From NCBI GenBank assembly GCA_965218795.1, contig OZ244653.1:2464001-2528000 (forward strand): a DNA stretch of 64,000 bases, in the 5' to 3' direction. Below are positions 59,881 to 64,000 of the stretch, one piece after another. The stretch comes from a bacterium. GTDB lineage: Bacteria; UBA8248; JACPRG01; G963555815. Position numbers and translations under genes: made by a program. The notes below the pieces were generated by a model, which saw nothing but the letters and a program-made list of their open reading frames with translations, searched no databases and had not been told where the DNA came from. How positions within the stretch are numbered: the stretch's first letter is position 1; each line of letters starts with the position of its first letter.

Positions 59881-60637
59881 CCAGGAAGGCAATCACCCGG
59901 CTGATGCAGCCGTCTCCACCAACCAGTTTCCAGGGGAACACGCCGATGTTACACCTCCGGCCCAGGACCCGATCGACGTCCCCCCCGATATTCTCGACAT
60001 GCGTGATGTTCTCAGCAAAGGGGATCCGGTGCATGCAGAAGCGGTTTTCGGGGGGGAACACTTCATCCACGGGCCGACCGGCTTTCTTCTCGAACGCCTC
60101 CACGAGGGCGGGCCGCCGTTTGAGGATGGCCCCGTTATTCATGGGGTGGTCAGGCGAGCCGCAGTCGATACCTATCCACTTGAAGCGCATCTGGACGATC
60201 CATTCGGCCAGCTCGACGCCACCGCCCGGCTGACGAAACAGATACTTCTCCTGATCGGGCTTTTTCCCGCAGGCAAAGTAATCATGCCAGCCGGTGTGAC
60301 AGATCACGATATCCTCCGGGCGAATCTCCGCCCGGAGGATGAGGTGCTCGGGCCGGATGATGTCCCACTCGCCCACGGAGTCGCTGACGTCTACGATGAC
60401 CCCCTTGCCGAAGAGCGTATCCAGCGGAATCGACGCAAGGTCGGCCCCCCCTTCGATGGCATGGTTTTGTGCGTCGAAGTGAGTCCCGGAATGCATGCTC
60501 GTTTCATAACGCTGCATAAAAGTCTGATTTCCCGCAACGCCCAGCTCATGAGTTGTCCGGACGACAGGCGGGTCCTGTCCAGGAAACGGCGGCGTGTCCG
60601 CACCCCACGGGTGGCTGAGATCGACGAGCGTCACCAT
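59873..60637 (-). CDS. Cyclase family (kynurenine formamidase-like) metal hydrolase
   Basis: VDLSHP, HSGTHFD, GIDCGSPD, HVEN, GDG..SR. Confidence 0.9.
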   Translation of the reverse strand: MVTLVDLSHPWGADTPPFPGQDPPVVRTTHELGVAGNQTFMQRYETSMHSGTHFDAQNHAIEGGADLASIPLDTLFGKGVIVDVSDSVGEWDIIRPEHLILRAEIRPEDIVICHTGWHDYFACGKKPDQEKYLFRQPGGGVELAEWIVQMRFKWIGIDCGSPDHPMNNGAILKRRPALVEAFEKKAGRPVDEVFPPENRFCMHRIPFAENITHVENIGGDVDRVLGRRCNIGVFPWKLVGGDGCISRVIAFLDD

Positions 60638-60857
60638 TCGTCTTTTCTTCCATTCAAGAGATGGAGCGAGTGGACAAGCAGAAGGTTAGCACATTCGGCA
60701 AACAAGAAAATGAACTGCAACCGTAGGGGACACATTGCAAATTGTTGACGGCCGATTGAACCGTTTGTTAGTTTGTCTTTGCCGATTTCTTGACTGCCCA
60801 AGGGATTCGATTCTCTCATCCTGCACCATTGAACGGCCGACGGGGAAGGATCTGGAC

Positions 60858-62300
60858 ATGTCGTTTTGCGACTTGAGGACGTTTCTGGGTGCCGTGGATG
60901 AACGGGGCGATCTCAAGAAGATCAACGGCGCCCATTGGGATCTGGAAATCGGAACCCTCTCCGAGCTCCTCATCGAGCGGCCCGCTCACCCCGCCCTGCT
61001 TTTCGACGAAATTCCCGGCTACCCCAAAGGCTACCGCGTACTCAGTAATTCGCTATCGACGATTCCCCGCACCGCCATCGCCCTCGGCCTGCCCGCCGAG
61101 ACCAACGGTCTCGAAGTTCTGGATCACTGGCGGAAAAAGATGAGGACCTTCGAGCCCGTCGCCCCCAAACACGTCCGGGAGGGGCCCATCCTGGAGAACG
61201 TCAAGCGCGACGGCAACATCAATTTGTGGGAGTTTCCGGCTCCGAAATGGCACGAAGCCGACGGCGACCGGATGCTGGGCACCGGCAGTGCCGTCATCCT
61301 TCGCGATCCCGACACCGGCCACCTGAACGTTGGCACCTATCGTCTGGCCGTTCACGACGAGCGGACCTTGGGCGTACTGATTATCCCCGGCAAGGACGGG
61401 GATCTCATCATCCGCAAGTATCACGATCGGGGCCAGAACGCGCCGGCGGCCATCACCTTCGGCCAGGAGCCCGCGGTCTTCCTGGCCGCGGGGACGTTCC
61501 TGCCCCCGGCCCTGGGTGAGCTCGAGTTCGCCGGCTGGCTGAAGGGGGAGCCCATCCCGGTCATCCACGGTGAGTTGACGGGACTGCCGATTCCGGCGAC
61601 GGCGGAGATTGCCGTTGAAGGAGAGATCCCGCCCTGGGACGTCGAGCGGCGCGATGAGGGTCCGTTCGGCGAGTGGACGGGATACTACGCGGGGGACCGC
61701 CTGCCCCGGCTGGTCGTCAAGGTGAACGCCGTGATGCACCGAAACGACCCCATCATCTACGGCGCCCCGCCGTTCCGCCCGCCGCTGGCCGAGCTGAGCG
61801 CGGTCCCGTTCTGGGCGGGATCGGCCTGGGAGACGCTGGATGCGGCCGGCGTCCCGGACGTCAAGGGCGTCTGGCAGTACGGAACGTCGAGCTTCATCAC
61901 GGTTGTAGCGATCCGACAACGCTACGGCGGTCATGCGAAGGCGGCGGGACTGATTGCCGCGGGCGCGAAGGGAGCGGAGTATTGCGGCCGCTGGATTATC
62001 GTCGTGGACGACGACGTGAACATCCTGGACATGGGCGAGGTCATGTGGGCTGTGGTCACGCGGGCCAAGATCCCGGACGACTACGACCTCATCCGGGACG
62101 GGTATAGCTCCGCCGTGGATCCCGGCCATCATCCGGAGGTCCGCCGGAGCACCGACCCCCGGGAGCTCACCGTGAATCGGTTCATCATCAACGCCTGCCG
62201 CCCGTTCGACTGGAAGGACGAATTCTCGATAGTCAACAAAGCATCTGAACAGATACGGGAGAAGATCTCCAAAAAGTTCAAGGATGTCTTGGGAGATTAA
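60858..62300 (+). CDS. UbiD-family decarboxylase
   Basis: DLRTFL, GAHWDLEIG, NVGTYR, EGPFGEWTGYY, IINACRPF. Confidence 0.92.
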   Translation: MSFCDLRTFLGAVDERGDLKKINGAHWDLEIGTLSELLIERPAHPALLFDEIPGYPKGYRVLSNSLSTIPRTAIALGLPAETNGLEVLDHWRKKMRTFEPVAPKHVREGPILENVKRDGNINLWEFPAPKWHEADGDRMLGTGSAVILRDPDTGHLNVGTYRLAVHDERTLGVLIIPGKDGDLIIRKYHDRGQNAPAAITFGQEPAVFLAAGTFLPPALGELEFAGWLKGEPIPVIHGELTGLPIPATAEIAVEGEIPPWDVERRDEGPFGEWTGYYAGDRLPRLVVKVNAVMHRNDPIIYGAPPFRPPLAELSAVPFWAGSAWETLDAAGVPDVKGVWQYGTSSFITVVAIRQRYGGHAKAAGLIAAGAKGAEYCGRWIIVVDDDVNILDMGEVMWAVVTRAKIPDDYDLIRDGYSSAVDPGHHPEVRRSTDPRELTVNRFIINACRPFDWKDEFSIVNKASEQIREKISKKFKDVLGD

Positions 62301-62528
62301 GGGCGTACCTGGGAAGACATGGGAATTGGTTTGAACCAACCCGTTCGGGCATCCGTCAAGGGTGCCGTCAAGTCCTATAGCCGGACGATCAAGAACGAGC
62401 GGGCCCTATGGCAGGGGCGGCTGCAGACCGGAATGTCGGTGGGCGGCTTTGAGCGAGACCCATCGGCCGTCCGACCCGGGGGCATTCCAGACTGGTACGG
62501 ACAATCTGTTCTGGAAGGAGACAAACGG

Positions 62529-63263
62529 ATGACGGAATTGACCGAAACCGAGCAGGGACAGGAGGTCCAAGTCCTCCGGGAGAAATTGATCCTGGCCCAC
62601 AAGATCCTGCTGGCAGCGGGTGTCCTGCAACAAAACCTGGGGCACGCAAGCATTCGTCTGCCGGGGGAGGACCGAATCCTTATCATGGGCCATCTTCACG
62701 AGGTGGGAAAAACCTTCGAGAACGCGAGAACCGACGACCTGAGCGTCATGGACCTTGACGGCAACCATATCGGAGGCGCGCTGGAGCCCCCCGGCGAGCG
62801 GTACAACCACTCCAGCATTTACAAGGTTCGGCCCGAAATCAACGCCGTCGTCCATTGTCATCCCATCATCTCCACAGCCTTCACCATTGCGAACCGCGAC
62901 ATCATTCCCGTCGGCCGGTTCGGAGGGTGCTTCCATCCGAAGGTCCCCGTCTATCCGAAATCCATTCAGGTGGAAACGCAGGAGATCGGAGATGAGATTG
63001 CCGAGGTGCTCGGGGATGCGCCCGCCGTGATGCTCAAGCATCATGGGGCCGCCTGCGTGGGGAAGACGATCGAGCAGGCCGTGGCTGTGGCCATCACATT
63101 GGAGGATACCGCGCGCTTCCTCCAGATCGCCAGCGCCCTGGGAACGCCCCAACCGCTGCCCCTGGACGAAATTGGAAGCGACAAGGCCCTCAAGCTGGAG
63201 CGCCCTTCGTTCTCTTCGAATCCCTGGATCTATTGGTCCGAACAGGTCGAAAAAGGGATATGA
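62529..63263 (+). CDS. Class II aldolase/adducin family protein
   Basis: GHASIR, ERYNHSSIY, AVVHCH, MLKHHG; GAAGGAG RBS before MTEL. Confidence 0.88.
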   Translation: MTELTETEQGQEVQVLREKLILAHKILLAAGVLQQNLGHASIRLPGEDRILIMGHLHEVGKTFENARTDDLSVMDLDGNHIGGALEPPGERYNHSSIYKVRPEINAVVHCHPIISTAFTIANRDIIPVGRFGGCFHPKVPVYPKSIQVETQEIGDEIAEVLGDAPAVMLKHHGAACVGKTIEQAVAVAITLEDTARFLQIASALGTPQPLPLDEIGSDKALKLERPSFSSNPWIYWSEQVEKGI

Positions 63264-63276
63264 CCACAATGCGCTC

Positions 63277-64000
63277 ATGAGTCGGGACAAGACGAACCTA
63301 TCGCTGATCGGCCGTCCCACGCCTGCATTGGAGGCCCCGGCCAAGGTGCAGGGACTGGCCGATTTCGTCACGGACCTCCAGCTGCCCGGGATGCTGCACG
63401 GCGCTGTCCTCCGGAGTCCCCACCCCCACGCCCGAATCGTCCGCGTAGACACCTCCAAAGCCGCCCGCGTCAACGGGGTCCGCGCGGTCATCTCAGGCCG
63501 TGACATCCCGAAAGTTCGGTGGGGGCACGACGTCCAAGACCAATCCGCTCTGGCTCTGGACCGCGTCCGTTTCGTGGGGGAGGAGGTGGCGGCCGTCGCC
63601 GCCGTCGACGAACACGCCGCCCGCGAGGCCCTGGAGAAAATCCGGGTAGAGTACGATCCCCTCCCCGCCGTGTTCACCATCGACGAGGCGATGGCCGAAG
63701 GCGCGCCTCGGCTCCAGGAAGACATCCCGGACAATATTCCGCAAGCAAAAAAGTTGCGGCGGGGTGACCCGGACGGGGGCTTCATGATGTCGGAGGCCGT
63801 TTATGAGAACGTCTTCGAGACCGCCATGCAGTATCAGGGCTACATGGAGCCTATCGGGACGGTGGCGGACGTCAGCCCTACAGGGAGGATCACGGTCTAC
63901 GCCGGGGTGCAGACCATTTTTGCGTGCAGGGAACGCGTGGCGGGCGCTTTGGGGATCCCTCTATCGCGGGTCCGGGTGATCCAACCCCACATGGGAGGGG
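63277..64000 (+). CDS. Xanthine dehydrogenase-family molybdopterin-binding subunit (3'-partial)
   Basis: Absent from the ORF track (no stop in window): AKVQGLADFVTDL, LRSPHPHARI, VRFVGEEVAAVAA, YMEP, QPHMGG. Confidence 0.9.
   Translation, partial: MSRDKTNLSLIGRPTPALEAPAKVQGLADFVTDLQLPGMLHGAVLRSPHPHARIVRVDTSKAARVNGVRAVISGRDIPKVRWGHDVQDQSALALDRVRFVGEEVAAVAAVDEHAAREALEKIRVEYDPLPAVFTIDEAMAEGAPRLQEDIPDNIPQAKKLRRGDPDGGFMMSEAVYENVFETAMQYQGYMEPIGTVADVSPTGRITVYAGVQTIFACRERVAGALGIPLSRVRVIQPHMGG

Noticed and set aside
1-64000. tRNA, rRNA, prophage or known riboswitch
   Set aside because: No recognisable signatures by eye; covariance-model scans were not run, so small RNAs could be missed.

Overview
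GC-rich bacterial chromosomal or MAG segment dominated by catabolic and transport genes. Enzymes include amidohydrolases, a Rieske ferredoxin, a nitrilase-family hydrolase, a cyclic amidohydrolase, a DAO-family oxidase, two LLM monooxygenases, three UbiD-family (de)carboxylases, two tandem phytoene-desaturase-like flavoproteins, an SDR, an M24 peptidase and a class III CoA-transferase. Transporters are BMP-, Liv- and Phn-type ABC systems and two MFS proteins. The right end holds a cyclase-HyuB-HyuA-HyuB-aminotransferase-amine dehydrogenase-2xMFS operon divergent from UbiD-aldolase II-XDH. No rRNA, tRNA or CRISPR array was seen. Main signals beyond the gene list: (i) a family of five ~125-bp same-strand intergenic repeats; (ii) two HyuB subunits carrying a CDC48-N-like C-terminal extension; (iii) an IS3 whose matching right end lies ~10 kb away, bracketing a UbiD/oxidoreductase block; (iv) a decayed restriction-modification pair between IS1595-like ends with no transposase; (v) many deletion scars that join the start of one gene to the end of another. 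All product calls come from motif recognition by eye; no database searches were run.
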